DNA from: Vermamoeba vermiformis
Lineage: Eukaryota
DNA length: 64,000 bases
Reading direction: 5' to 3'
NCBI GenBank assembly: GCA_045837725.1
Contig: JBEWZL010000184.1
Location: 248,001-312,000, forward strand
Positions 1-12,614 of the stretch are shown piece by piece. The first letter of the stretch is position 1; every line of letters begins with the position of its first letter. Below the pieces are notes generated by a model that searched no databases, was not told where the DNA came from, and saw only the letters and a list, made by a program, of their open reading frames with translations. Both the position numbers and the translations under genes were made by a program.

Positions 1-1
1 A

Positions 2-520
2 GATATTTCACAGAAATTCATCAAGATCGCCACTGACAACCACGCCATTAACTGTCAAATGACCGTTGACAGCAAGGAACGTGACACGTTGTGGCAAGCC
101 AGACACGGCGCTTACTGGGCCTCTGCTTCTTTGTGCCGTGGCTGCAAGTTGTACGTGACTGACGTGTGCGTGCCCATCAGCAGACTGTCCGAGTGCGTTG
201 TTGAGACTGACGATGACTTCAAGACCTCTCATTTGAAGGGTCCGTTATTGGGCCACGTTGGTGACGGCAACTTCCACTTGATGATCCCAATCGACCCCAA
301 GAATCCGAGGGACTTGCCTGAGGCTCAACGACTCAACGAACGACTTGTCAAACGTGCTATTAGTATGGAAGGTACTTCGACTGGTGAGCACGGTGTTGGT
401 TTGGGCAAGATTCCATGGGTCTTGTTGGAGCGCGGTGAAATTGCCGTGGAATTGATGCGCAACATCAAGAAGTCGTTTGATCCGAAAGGAATTATGAACC
501 CTGGCAAGATTTTTGAATAG
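2..520 (+). CDS. FAD-linked oxidase, D-lactate dehydrogenase (cytochrome)-like; C-terminal part, truncated by the window edge
   Basis: Motifs TDVCVP, GHVGDGNFH, GEHGVGLGK and FDPKGIMNPGK match the FAD-oxidase C-terminal domain of the LDHD/DLD1 family. Confidence 0.9.
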   Translation, partial: DISQKFIKIATDNHAINCQMTVDSKERDTLWQARHGAYWASASLCRGCKLYVTDVCVPISRLSECVVETDDDFKTSHLKGPLLGHVGDGNFHLMIPIDPKNPRDLPEAQRLNERLVKRAISMEGTSTGEHGVGLGKIPWVLLERGEIAVELMRNIKKSFDPKGIMNPGKIFE

Positions 521-700
521 GCACGTAGTTTAATTTTGATAAATGTAAATTTTTCCTTTGCGTATTCGGTTGCAGATATTTGCAGTGAGTCATTTTTTGC
601 AAAACAAACAAACAGCGGACTTATTAGACCCGCACACGGTCAGATAATACACAACACGTAAGTTATAGCAAAGCGACAGAATTCTCAGTTTGTGCACGAT

Positions 701-2350
701 ATGACACAGCAACTCGACCTAGATCAGAGTTCTTTTTTTAACATTTACGAACTGGTCGGAACGATTATTGGTATTTTAGCAGAGCAAAAAGAAGGCAAAG
801 CTATTTTTAATATCGGAATGGTATCTAAAAAGTAAGTGTTATTTTCGAGGTCGCCAATGGCTGGTTTAAAGCGATAATTTGCAGGCATAATGAGTACGTT
901 CACTCTTTAAAAATGTGGAAGTGCTTCCACAATCAAGCGTTGGCATACGACAAGAATGACCGGATCAGTACTCCTTTCGTCAGATCAATAATTAATCACA
1001 CCAACGATCTTCGATTTGCATTAGATATTTACTCTAACAATACCATAAAGCAATATAATGCACTTCAAAAACTGAACCAGCTAATTCGGGATTCAGAAAG
1101 CATACGAGATTTAGTCTCCCGATCAGAGCTGCTTCCTTACTTAGTGCGGCTGCTGGAATCTGCAAATGACAATAGAATATTACAAGTACGTAGAGCTGTG
1201 CTTGCAGTAATACTTGCGTTACTCACATTCCTGCAGCGCGAAGTGATCATCATTTTTACGAACATAGCTGCCGGCACAATGGAGCACCAGCAGAGTGTAA
1301 TTGATGCCGGAGCTTTTAAACCACTGCTACAACTGTTTAAAGTAGATAACATTGATATACAAGGAGAGTGTGCTTTGGCACTGAGCAACACAATACACCG
1401 CAATGTGAAGGTTGAAAGGTTTGTTTCCATCATACTGTTTCACTAACGATTCCTTAGTTGAGCAACGAGCTGTTCGAATCAGGAGTACTTGACGTGATTC
1501 ATCATATTCTAGAATTCAGTAAGAACAACTTTGCTGCCCTAAACTGCATGTTTCTTTGTGAAAATCTTGGCAAAGTTAGCCCCCGCATGTTGAACCTGCT
1601 GCTGCCTACCATTCCTTTCGTAGTGAATACACTCGTAGCACCTCATTACGAGAAAAGGACTAGAGACCAAGCTTGTTCGTTTCTTCGTGAGCTAATTCTC
1701 ATAAACTTAACACTACCTTTTGAGCGCCTTCAACAAACGAAGAATGCTTTACAGACCATCGTTAACTTGATGACGTAAGTAAATAGCAGCCAGTGGTAGT
1801 GCAGATGAATTTGTTACCCAAAGTGATTATCTTATTTAGCACTCAACTCTCGGCATTGGTTGTTCTAAAGGAGATAGTTTTCAAGGGCTCCACTATGCAC
1901 ATTCAAGAAATTTTGAGCGCAGGATTCATGAATCAGGCAAAAAACATACTTAGGAGTCAATTCATCAACGTTGGCTATGTGCGATCGGTACTTTGGATCC
2001 TGTCAGTCATGATGGAGCGGAATTCGGTGTTTGTACTGGAGTTCATCAAAGACGGAGAGATATTCTTGCTGGCTAAACAATACGTTTATGACTACGACGA
2101 CACGGAAGCGCAAAAGGAAGCAATGTGGGTCTTTGCTAAGGCCTTGTACGTTGACCGCAGCCCAAGCACGTACAATTACTTCTTAAACATTGGTGTTGTT
2201 ACTCTTTTATACCACGCACTTGTTGAACACCGTGGTAACGGGAGATGCGACCTGGATCTGATTGAAACCTTGCTGCAAGCGTTGCAAGAGATGCTAAAAT
2301 ATGAGCGGGCAAAAGTTGATAGAAGTCGCGGCTATTCAACGGCTCGATAG
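701..2350 (+). CDS. F-box-like N-terminus plus armadillo (importin-alpha-like) repeats; possibly disrupted
   Basis: Spliced N-terminus ..IFNIGMVSK|HNEYVHSLKMWK. ARM-like segments FTNIAAGTMEHQQSVIDAGA and EAQKEAMWVFAKA. Frame continuity near 1775-1790 and 2320-2360 could not be resolved. Confidence 0.65.
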
Positions 2351-2494
2351 ATTTTCAATTGCCACTCTTGCATTTAGCATCTGGAGACTACTTCAATAAA
2401 CGAACCGATTTGATCTTAAATTTATTCAGCGATGTCAAAATTTTGTTTAGCTATTTAGCTATTAAGCTACAATTTAAACAACTGAGTGCCACAA

Positions 2495-5400
2495 ATGCTG
2501 CAAGCAGTAAGCATCAAGAACTACTTGTCGTTCAAGGAGCAGAAAAGGCTCCAAGTTCGGGATGGCAAACTGGTCGTTGTCGGGGAAGGTTAGTCGCTTG
2601 GCAAAAAATTGGATTAATAATAATTTTGAATAATATTCGTGTAATCGGAATACGAGTGCTATACTATTGGTTGGAATTCAGATCAACTATAAAAAAATTC
2701 TCTTTCAGCAATATTCGTGATTAATTTCATTTCAATAGTAAATATGATTAATACGGCTATAGTAATATATTTAAAATTGTTATTTCGAATTTGATCATTT
2801 CACTGAACGGTTTTTTTTACGAACAGACGGAGCGGGCAAAACAAATTTATTTAGAGCCGTTAAATTTGCTTTGCAATCGCAACCTATTCGATGGAACGGT
2901 GAGGCCATGTGCCCTTGGGATTGCAATGAAGAACTCGATGTCTCCATCGATGTCGACATGATCCCAGAAGACGTCGTAAGTTTCATCCTTAATATCGATT
3001 ACTATGAAGTATTAATTTTCCTTTTTAGGCAATATTACGAGATTTTATCACGTTCAAGTTATTTTCAAAGTTAATTGATTATTGCAAAGAAGACACTGGA
3101 ACGTACATGGATCAATTTGAAGCGTTCTTAAAGGTACCGCTTTTTCCGCCTTATTTTCATAATCTTAACTATACCATATTAGGACAATGACGTGTTTAAT
3201 CAATTAAGGCTCGGATATCGTAGTGAGGCCTTTAACAAGCAATATTTACAGCCGTTTTGTGAAACAGGCGTCAAAGGCCGCTATCAACTGATCTCGTTCA
3301 GACACAACACTCAAATTGATTTTTTTGCGCAGTGTTTGCCTGAAGACGTCTATAATAAGATAGATAAGGATGATTTAGACAAGCCACTCAATTTCTCAGG
3401 GTTCTACGGCAACAGTTATTTCACGGCTAAATGGGAACAACGAGCACTCAAGATGCAAGAAATAACAACTGGCATGCGTCAAATCTCGTTCAGTTTGCTC
3501 ATCAGAAAAATGGTTGCCACGCGATTTGTCTTCTTTTCTGACGTAAGCCCGAGACTTGGTCCCGTGAAATTTCGTCTGACAGTACTTTGCAGCACATAGA
3601 TTCGTTCTTGGCTGGCTCAGAGTCACTCGTCAAAGCGATAGACTATGCAGGGAGAAGCTCTTGTTCGAAAAGAAAATGAGTCGGACACGACAAGGCCGCT
3701 TGGAGTTCAAGACGATTCAAGAGCACATGAAGCACTTGGCCAATATCGTGCCTGATGTTGGTCTCACGGACACGACATCACGCCTCTCGGTGCGTTTTGG
3801 CGAGTCTGACACTAGCACACTGTTGCCTCGCGTATTTTTCACCGAGGTCGATGGTCACACTTTTGACGCAGGCACTGCCTCGAGTGGTGTCGCACGCTTG
3901 CTGACAATACTGACTATGGTAAGGCTCGGCACCTACATATAGTAGTACGTGATCTCGTACTGACTATTAAACTAGCTTCATACCACGGACTACTTGACAT
4001 GCTTCTTGGACGAGCCACTTGAAACTCTTCATCCCGCGCTAAGACATCACATGCGCGATCATTTCTTGACGGTCAAAAATAAGGGTAAGCTTAGCTATAT
4101 GATTAAAACGGTTGCTAATGGCCTCTTTAGCTATTATCATGATCACCCATGCTGGCGAAATGATTGTGCCGCCATTGTTGGACCACACTTACAGACTCAG
4201 AACGCAATTCAAAAATAATCAAGGCGCGTCAACTGAAGTGTACGATATCAAACAGGTCTTAAGGGCACGCAAAGATATCAAAATGGAGTTGATTAATTTG
4301 TCCGTGGAGTCCAGCTTCCGAGAAATATTTTTCACGCGGTCAGTTATTTTCGTCGAAGGTGTCAACGACAAACGAGTGCTGGACAGTCTCAGCTTTGTCA
4401 TTCGTCACAAAAAGAGCGTCAAACTGCACGACATCAAGCACATTCATTGGTCTGTCATTGCGATCGGCGGCAAAGGCCGGTTCCCCGCTGCAGTTCATTT
4501 AGCCAAGAGCATGGGCCTCGAGTGGGTCTGCATCATGGACTTGGACGCGCTGCTCCCCGACGACGAGCACATTCGCGCGCAGTTGAAAGAGAACGGCTCC
4601 AAGGCCAAGCAAATTGATGTGACATTCCACGAGTACAAAGACACGTTGCATCAAGTCTTGCAGGACCTGAACAAGATTGCCAACAAGAAAGGCTTGGCAG
4701 TGCCTCAGAACCCAAGTCCATTGCCTAGTCCTAGCCGGACTGTCGCAACATCTGTAGGCTCCCCGCCAGACCTTTTGCCCGCCCCTCCTCTCAGCCCTGC
4801 CAGCGAGAGTCTTGCTAGCGAAACACCCGTCACATCTCATCCCTCTGTCACAGGTGCCAACAACAACAATGTCACGCAACAACAAGCCAATGCTACACCT
4901 ACTATCACCATCTCATCGACTCCAACTGTCGTGCCTCAAGTGACAGGTGAAGACAGCGACTTGACCAAAGTGATCGAGTACATTAAAGACATCAAAGCAC
5001 GCGTGGACATTTCACTCAAGACTGTTGAAAAGGGTAAGTGACACGTGTCATTAAATCCAAATCGTTATTGTTGGCTAATCTTCAAGGACAGATCGTCACA
5101 AACTGGAGGCTCAAGGTGACTTGGAACGATGGAACTTGGCGAGCACACATCAATCAGCAGCTTATTTAGTGATTAAACAGCACTTCTTGGGTCCTAATGA
5201 GGACTACTTTAACACCAAAAATCACCACTTGGATGCGTTTTTGAATTACTGCAGCGAACGACGCGTCTTTTCATGGCGTAATGGCGCACTAGGTACATAT
5301 CGTAATCGTGATTATAGGTCTCATTATATTAATATATGCAAATTAGAATCATTGTTCCAGATCACGTTCCCGGATTTCACCAAGAGCCGATGGTCAAAGT

Positions 5401-5537
5401 TATTTTACGCAGAGCTCGTTGAATTGGTACGAAGACTCGTTGAAGATGACAAAAACAAGGAGGTGACGCGATTATTGAACTTTTTGAAGCGCTGGAATTG
5501 TTTGGAAATGAGTTCTGGTCCGAAACCAGATCTCTAA
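2495..5537 (+). CDS. OLD-family ATP-dependent nuclease (ABC-type ATPase + TOPRIM), multi-exon
   Basis: Exon 1 (2495-2588) spliced to 2827 gives MLQAVSIKNYLSF..VVVGEDGAGKTNLFRA (Walker A). Also signature-like ASSG, Walker B/D-loop CFLDEPLETLHP, H-loop IMITH, and TOPRIM IFVEGVND..GGK..MDLD. Confidence 0.88.
5039..5050. promoter_or_regulatory. TGACACGTGTCA palindrome (G-box/E-box core), intronic copy
   Basis: Perfect 12-bp palindrome, also present at 10434, 28057 and 48337. Confidence 0.45.
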
Positions 5538-5619
5538 ACTAGGACGAGTTTATATTAAATAATCATAATATGCTACAGCTTTGTGTTTCTTGTACATATA
5601 TCACATAGTATTAAAGCGC

Positions 5620-6524
5620 TTATTTAGCTTTTAATAACTCTTCTTTGTTAGTCTCGACATGTTTTTTCAAATGTTTGGCCATGTCGTACATGCTGCCCAC
5701 AGCACCAGCATTAACTGCCTTGGTCGGCACCCAGCCTCCAATATCAAAGGCATAAATGCACGTGATTTTGCATTGATTAATAAACTCTCCTTTGTCATTT
5801 TTCAGTTCTTCAATCATCATGCCACAAGCGTAATTTTTTCCACGAACAGTGCCCTGTGATAAAAGTTATTAATTTGATTATAATAGTGTTGATTATAGTA
5901 TTGTACCTTGTGTTGTGTAACGCCTTTAATTTCTGTGAATTGTGACACTGACTCGTATTTACGCTCCTTGTCGTCGAACACTCTTCTGACAGCCCTATTG
6001 ACCATACAATAAGCCACAATACTTCCAATCATATATATAATTACTCACAGTGTGTCGAGGAACTCTCGTGAGCTAATTATTCCGCCGGCCGCTGGTTCCG
6101 TTACGACGCGCATGACCTTCAAATTGTCGTTCAGATTCGCAATATATTCAATACTTTTCATCGTCTTGTCCCATATTTTACGACGAGGAAGGTCTATAAC
6201 ACTATGTTAGATATCAATATGATGCGTATAATAATTTTTCTTACTTTCATAGCAGCTGAGGACGAATTCCGCAGTGTCATTAATTATTACTTCGGATTTG
6301 AACATTGGAGGTACACCTTTTTCATCGGATTTGCGCTTGAACACTAAGATTCCGTGCTATACAAATGTAAGTTAATTAGCCGGTGTAATTGCGAAACAAC
6401 AATTTTTACGGATCGTAAAAATAAAATAACCGAATGGATATTGTGGCTTTTGAGCGGATGTAGAAAATTGGAGTAGTTACTGATGCTTAAGTACAATAAA
6501 ATAATTGCCGAATTTTTACCTCAT
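5620..6524 (-). CDS. START (StAR-related lipid transfer) domain protein
   Basis: Segments EPAAGGIISSREFLD and ITCIYAFDIGGWVPTKAVN are typical of START domains; several short introns. Confidence 0.8.
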
Positions 6525-6824
6525 TTTTTTCCTCGTGCCAGTCAGTAATTTTTAATCTTCGATCCCACTCTTGTAGTGCCTTTGCGCCGGTTTCTTCAAC
6601 AAGTTTAATTTCGGCTTCGGATAATTTGTAGTCGCTCATATTGAATTATATTGTTTGTTGTGGTCTTGTGCTCGCAATTGACGTGTTAATTGAATTTAAT
6701 TGTCACGCGATATTACTTCGTAACGAAATTCCGCGTTTATTTATCGCATTTCATTTATTACTACCACAGTAAGGAGACTACATGATGATAATAAAATTGC
6801 CCGTAATATCCGCGGATTTCGTGA

Positions 6825-8248
6825 CTAAATGAGAAAGCAAACCGCGATGACTGCCAACGAGATCCATCCTGATTTAGAACGATTAGAAAGCAGTACAACA
6901 GGTGACCAATCATACCATTTAGATCAAGTAAAATGCTAGAACTAATTCGGCTAGACTGCGGTGCTGCAGGTTGGTTCAAATTAGGATTATAACTGTAAGG
7001 CACGGATGTACGAGGAGGCGCGACCGGACGAATGCCAGTTGTTCCGTTCCAAGCCCACCATCGTTCTTCCATAGCGTAAGAAAAGCCAGGAGCATAAAAG
7101 TAAATTCTGTTTCGGGATGTGGTCGCCAACCAACCTCCGCCTCCTGAGTTCGGCAAAGGAACGGTTTCCCAACGACCAGATAAGAACATAATATCAGCGA
7201 TATATGCGCGAGTAGGTTCGTCCGCCGAACCAGCGACAAAGAGCACCTGATCCCCTAAAAAAAAAGAGTTATACTTGACGGATCTCTACTTCAACCGGAT
7301 CGTACCTGCGGATCCAGCAGCCAATCTCGTACGAGGCACACTTAACTTAGCTCTGCCCCAAGTGTTATTAGAGCCATAGAAGATGTCAATTCTGTCCGTG
7401 ATCCCGTTCGCAGCATCACCTCCAGCGAAGAAGGCCAAGTCACCAAGACCAACAGCGGCAAGACCAGTGCGCTTCAAACTTAACTTGTCTTGCGACCAAC
7501 TAGCATAGAATTATTAATAAATAAATATTTAAATTACTGACAATAATGTGTACCTCTCGGTGTCAGCGTCGTAGATCTCAACAACGTCGGAATATTCAAT
7601 CGGAAACCCTCCGGCAAAAAATGCTCGCGAACCAATGACTGCTACAGCAAGATTTCTTCGGGGATTGGTTAACGTAGCAGTAGTCCAGCTATTATTCTAT
7701 TTTTCGAATCAGTTCTTGGTTGGTCGGACTTTTACCGGCCCAAAATTTTAACGTACCTTTGCGTGATAAATATCAATGACATCTGAAGGCACATCATTAT
7801 AGCTAGTGTCTCTTCCTCCTACGAAAAGAATTGAATCGCCAACTACGGCAGCAGTCGGACCTCCTCGCGGACGGCTCAATCTGGCGGTAGTCCATTCTTC
7901 AGCAAAAATGTCGAAGATTTCAACCAAGTCAGTGACATCATTGTCCGTATCTCCACCGGCAAAATAGACCTTATTGTGCAATATTGCTGAAGCAACGGCA
8001 GATCTGCCAACCGAAAGTTTCCACTTCATATTCGAGTAAGAAGTGTAGCCGGTAATGTTGACCATATAAACCATTTTAGAATGGGTGTAGGTGTCACGGC
8101 CACCAGCATAAAACATAAACTGGTCATTGCTAGTCAACGAGGTGTCCATCAGATTGAACGGAAGTCTGCCACCAGGAGACCACTCAGCGTGGCTAAAGCT
8201 AACTACAAGCACGAATAATACAAGCGTTAAGTATTGAGAACCAGACAT
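6825..8248 (-). CDS. Secreted or surface Kelch-repeat protein with hydrophobic C-terminal tail (GPI-anchor-like)
   Basis: Signal peptide MSGSQYLTLVLFVLVVSFSHA and repeated FAGG..VEIFD..W..ARLS.PR Kelch units. The spliced last exon reads GWISLAVIAVCFLI*. Confidence 0.8.
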
Positions 8249-8460
8249 ATTGTTGTTGTCTGTTTGAAAGAGTCAAATAAAGCTAAAAGAATGAGCGGTA
8301 TTTAAGCGCTCGATTCCGTAAAAAAGAATGTGACCCGGAGCAACTTTGTGATTCAATCGAGTTTGACTCTGTGAGCGATCACATGTCATAATACTTCGTT
8401 TTTCAGTTTCAATTCGTTTAATTACCTTCTGACGCTATTTTAGGACTGTTATATACATTG

Positions 8461-11400
8461 CTACATTATTTTGCACGAATCCGATCCGGTCACAATAACC
8501 GCACCTAAAACCGGTTGGGTTAATAGTCATAATTAAGGGTCTATTAACTTACCGCATGCACATTTATCGCCTACTCTAGCCACACTTTTGCCTCCAACAG
8601 TCGTAGAGCTCTTTTTAACTTTTGAAATTTTTGTCTTGCCGTGGATGTCGCACATCACCTGTAACAAATATAAATTTCGTATAAAATGTTAAAAAATAAC
8701 ATGACATACCTGCGAGCCCTCGACTGCAACATGTAAATTGTCGGCAGTAACACTGGCGTCACCAGTGATGACCTTGCCTCCGTGACTAATCAACGAGCCC
8801 ACCACAGCTGATTTGTCCTTGTTTTGAGCTAGCATTCGCTTCAACCAGGCAACTTTGCGTCGATAAGCCTCTTTGTAGGGATAGTCTGGAGGATCTAGGC
8901 CCCATTCTTTTTCGTAAATGTGCCGCCAGACTTGATCACTGGATAACATTGCAGACCACACCGAGCACACATTTGCTGCGCTCACGAGCTGACTGAGTGA
9001 GAAGTCGTTGAAAAACGATAGAAATATCTCGTTCGGGACCTAAGAAGAAAAGTTAGGGTTTGAGATCTGATCCGGATCTGGTGACTTTGACGTACCGAGT
9101 TGATGAGACACCGCCATATATATCCATTATCATCCAACGTCTGAGTAACCAATGGGTTCTCAATGTCTCTAAATATCAATTCGCATTTCAATACATCAGC
9201 ACAATCGTAATAAAGGTTGTGCCAAACGTCGTTGTAAAAAATACGATTCTCGATATCATCATAGCCTGCGCGATTATATTCAAGCTCCTTTGTCCTTTGG
9301 GATACTATAGGCTCCATTTTAATGTACAAAGGAAGCTTTTCTAGGTGCTTTTCAATTGCTGGCAAAAAACGTTAGTTTTGGTACAATAGGTTTGGTTATC
9401 GTACGTACGATATGTCTTTGATAATTTCAAAAATAGTGCCACTTCTAATGGAGTAGCTGTGTCGGCGTGCTTAGACACATAATCGTGAAAGAGGTCGAGC
9501 GTGTTATATTTGGCCAAAATATGCTCGAACTTAATTCCCTTCACTGAAAATTGTGAAGTTAGTACGAGTTGAGGTATACGTGATATTACTCACAGTATTC
9601 GTGAATGAAACACAGTAGCATTAGGTGACGATTGGAACCTCGTTCGAGCAGCTGATGTAAGAGAGGCATGAGTCCAATCTCGTCCATCACTTCTTCTTTC
9701 AGTGCACCTATTTCTCGTTGTTAGATCATTGACAGGTTTAAACACATACGTACCTCTATGTATACATCGCATTAATAGAGAAAAGATATCGATGTTGGAA
9801 ATTTCTGTTTCTGATTTGACCGGTTGTGTATCGCGCTCTTCCGGTTCATCAAAAACAGCACCAAACCCATCTGCATCATTAGCCGAGCGATTTAATTTCG
9901 ATGGCTCGGCTGGCGCAGGCAGAGTTTGTTCGAATCGGTTTAATAGCTTTTTCAGGAATGCCACATTGCTCATCACTTTGCATGCCTCTTCGTCTGCAAT
10001 CCATTCTTTAGCACAACTCGAGACATTTTGACGGAGTCTACTTACGTGATGTTTCACAGGCATGAGCGATAAAGTAGAAACAAAGGGCTTCCAATTGTTC
10101 GTTGTTTGACGCTGCAAATTCTTCGGCAAAGAAAGACGATTGACTGGTGACGTAATTGTCAAACTCCGGACGAGTAGATAAAACTATAATTATAGTATTA
10201 GTGATGTAGAATGACTGATAGTATTGTACGTACCAATGATACTTTTGAAGAATGAATATAATATCTCCCTATCTTCGTTTGTTAGGAACTGCAGCAAAAT
10301 CTTATTCATCGTCTCAGGCAGCCAATGTTCGTTTTCAAAAGTAGCTACAATTAGGAACATCTTCTTCGTGTACATCACTTTCATGAGGCTGAGCAAAGAT
10401 CTGCGGCACACGATGAACTCTTCTGTGCTGACATGACACGTGTCAAGTGTCAACTTGTGGAACCATAAGCAGTCTTTCACTAAGTCTAACATGTATACTT
10501 GTGCTAGTGATATGTTGTGGTTGAGACTGTCATAGTATCCGATCTTATTCGGGAACGTTTGCCAAAAATTCTGACGAAGTTCATCTGTCGCAAACGTTAG
10601 TTTCATGAAACACTTCCGCACCTAAAACTTACTTGGAATACAGCCAATAACAGCTAATGTATTTTCCATATGACCAGGACCGATATTATTTGCCATAATA
10701 AGGTCGAGCAGAGTCGTAGCTAAGCATAACGTTAGACGTCAAAAATTATGCATGAAACACGTACTTCTTCCGATTGGCACGAAGAAAAACTCTCGTCTTA
10801 ATATCTCGAGCCAAACCTGGCCTTGCGTAGACTTCATCATTTTGCAGATGATTGTAATTGTCTTTTCGCGCATTGTATCCGAGTCTTGGAACATGAGCAA
10901 AATCAAATGAAAGAAATTCTCTTTGGAGATCGTTTGAGAATACTGCGTTATTTGCCCTACTTTCGAGTATTCGAAGGCTGTTCATATATCAAGTCAATTC
11001 TAGTCAAAAATATTTGGAACACGTACCGTCAACAAACTGATCCTTTACACCTCGTTGAAAATCCATCGTCCAAGGTAACATTGGATTCAACTTGCGAGAT
11101 AAATCCAGAAAATCGTTTGCTCGAGGAAAAACATCGCCTAGCAGTTGTTAGACATAGAAAAAAAAGTGCGTCGACTTGCCTCGATCCACGAGCTTCCAAC
11201 AGTTTTGAACTAATAGAAGCTTCTTCTGAATTTGTGATTGGTCTACTTCGTTTATATTCAACGAGATGCAATGCAACAGAAAGTCGCAGAATTTCATTTT
11301 GCGGAGCGCATCCATGACTTTGGTATAATTTACTGTGCCTCGCTCAGTTGCTTTGAGATTGACTAATGTCTTCGAAAACTCTAATAATAGCTCGAGGTTC

Positions 11401-12301
11401 TTCACTGAAAACAGAAGATCGACCAAGAAGCGATTGTCCAAAAATAGGTTCTGGATTTCGTCGCTATCTGGTGAAGCGACCATCTCTAATATTAAGGCCA
11501 GCTTAAACATATTGTCTTTGTTGAATAGCAGCTTGAAGTAATCCTCTGTTACAAATTCGTTATTATTGAAATTAACGGCAAAAATCAATCGGCGCATGCG
11601 TAACTTACGTCTTCCGACCAATAAAAATGTCAAAATCACCTTGGCTGCTTCTATTGAGTATGGTGAATCGGGGTTTGCATAATCAAGAATCATTTTCATG
11701 CAATCAGCGTAATCTTTGAAATTGACTTCGATAGACAGTGGTGAATCCACGAGCAAAGCGGCTAAAAATCGAAGCATCTCCTTTACGAGCAGTGCTTCAT
11801 TTCGTTTGAGTACATGCTCGAAGTAATCAGACATAATGAAGCCTTTGTCTTTGATAGACATCGTCGATTCTGCGGTAAAAATAGATCAGCTCCTCACGGC
11901 ATATGATAAGTATAATAATTCTTACTCGTATTTACAAAATAGCAATATTTACATATCGTAATATTTTTGGAGAAGCCCATGCTTCTAATGACTTCTGAAG
12001 TCTGATCTGATACCATACATTTTTTACAACAATGGCTATCGCACTCCTCGCATTTTTTCTAGCATTTAATTAGTTTCTCCGTATCAATTAATATATCAAA
12101 AATTATAGAACTTACTTTGCGATGATTGAGGAGGCTGTAAGTATGCCGACAGATTGGACACGCATCGTCCTATGTAAACAAGAAAATTGTTATTCAAATT
12201 AAGCTATGTTGCGGTAATAATTAATTAACCGTTCAATTCCAGAATTAGATTTGCGGCAGTAAAGTAAAGTCGATCTAAGAGCCTACCTTCCCTTCGCTCA
12301 T
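8461..12301 (-). CDS. FYVE-like Zn finger + helical (ARM-like) region + F-box + C-terminal PAAR domain
   Basis: N-terminus CPIC..HRKKKCEECDSHCCKKC..ICKYC. F-box VPNEIFLSFFNDFSLSQLVSAANVCSVW. PAAR SHGGKVITG..CDIHG..VARVGDKCACGAVIVTGS. Splice junctions from about 11000 to the stop codon were checked by hand and keep the frame open. Confidence 0.8.
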
Positions 12302-12614
12302 TGTTGATGCTTGAAACGTTATGTTAGCTAGTTAATATCTCTCATGATTGTTAACATAAACAAACGAATAATCAGTTCAATGAAAAGATTCACCGCCGTA
12401 AGTCACGTGGTTTCGGTGAACTTTAAATCCCTTAGTGTCCCATTCATATTTGTAAGGTGTGAATCTTAAACCTTACATGTATTGGTCCCATGAGCTACGA
12501 AATAACGTTGGAGTAAGCTTGGTTGAAAATTTCGGTATTTTTTTCTGGCAACGGTTACTTTTCAATTCCAATATTTGAAGTCGTAACATTAAGCACAATA
12601 AGAGCATTATAGTT

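Noticed and set aside
9050-9062. TTAGGG telomere-like hexamer (similar one near 43470)
   Set aside because: Single copies only; the one at 9050 overlaps an intron branch point.
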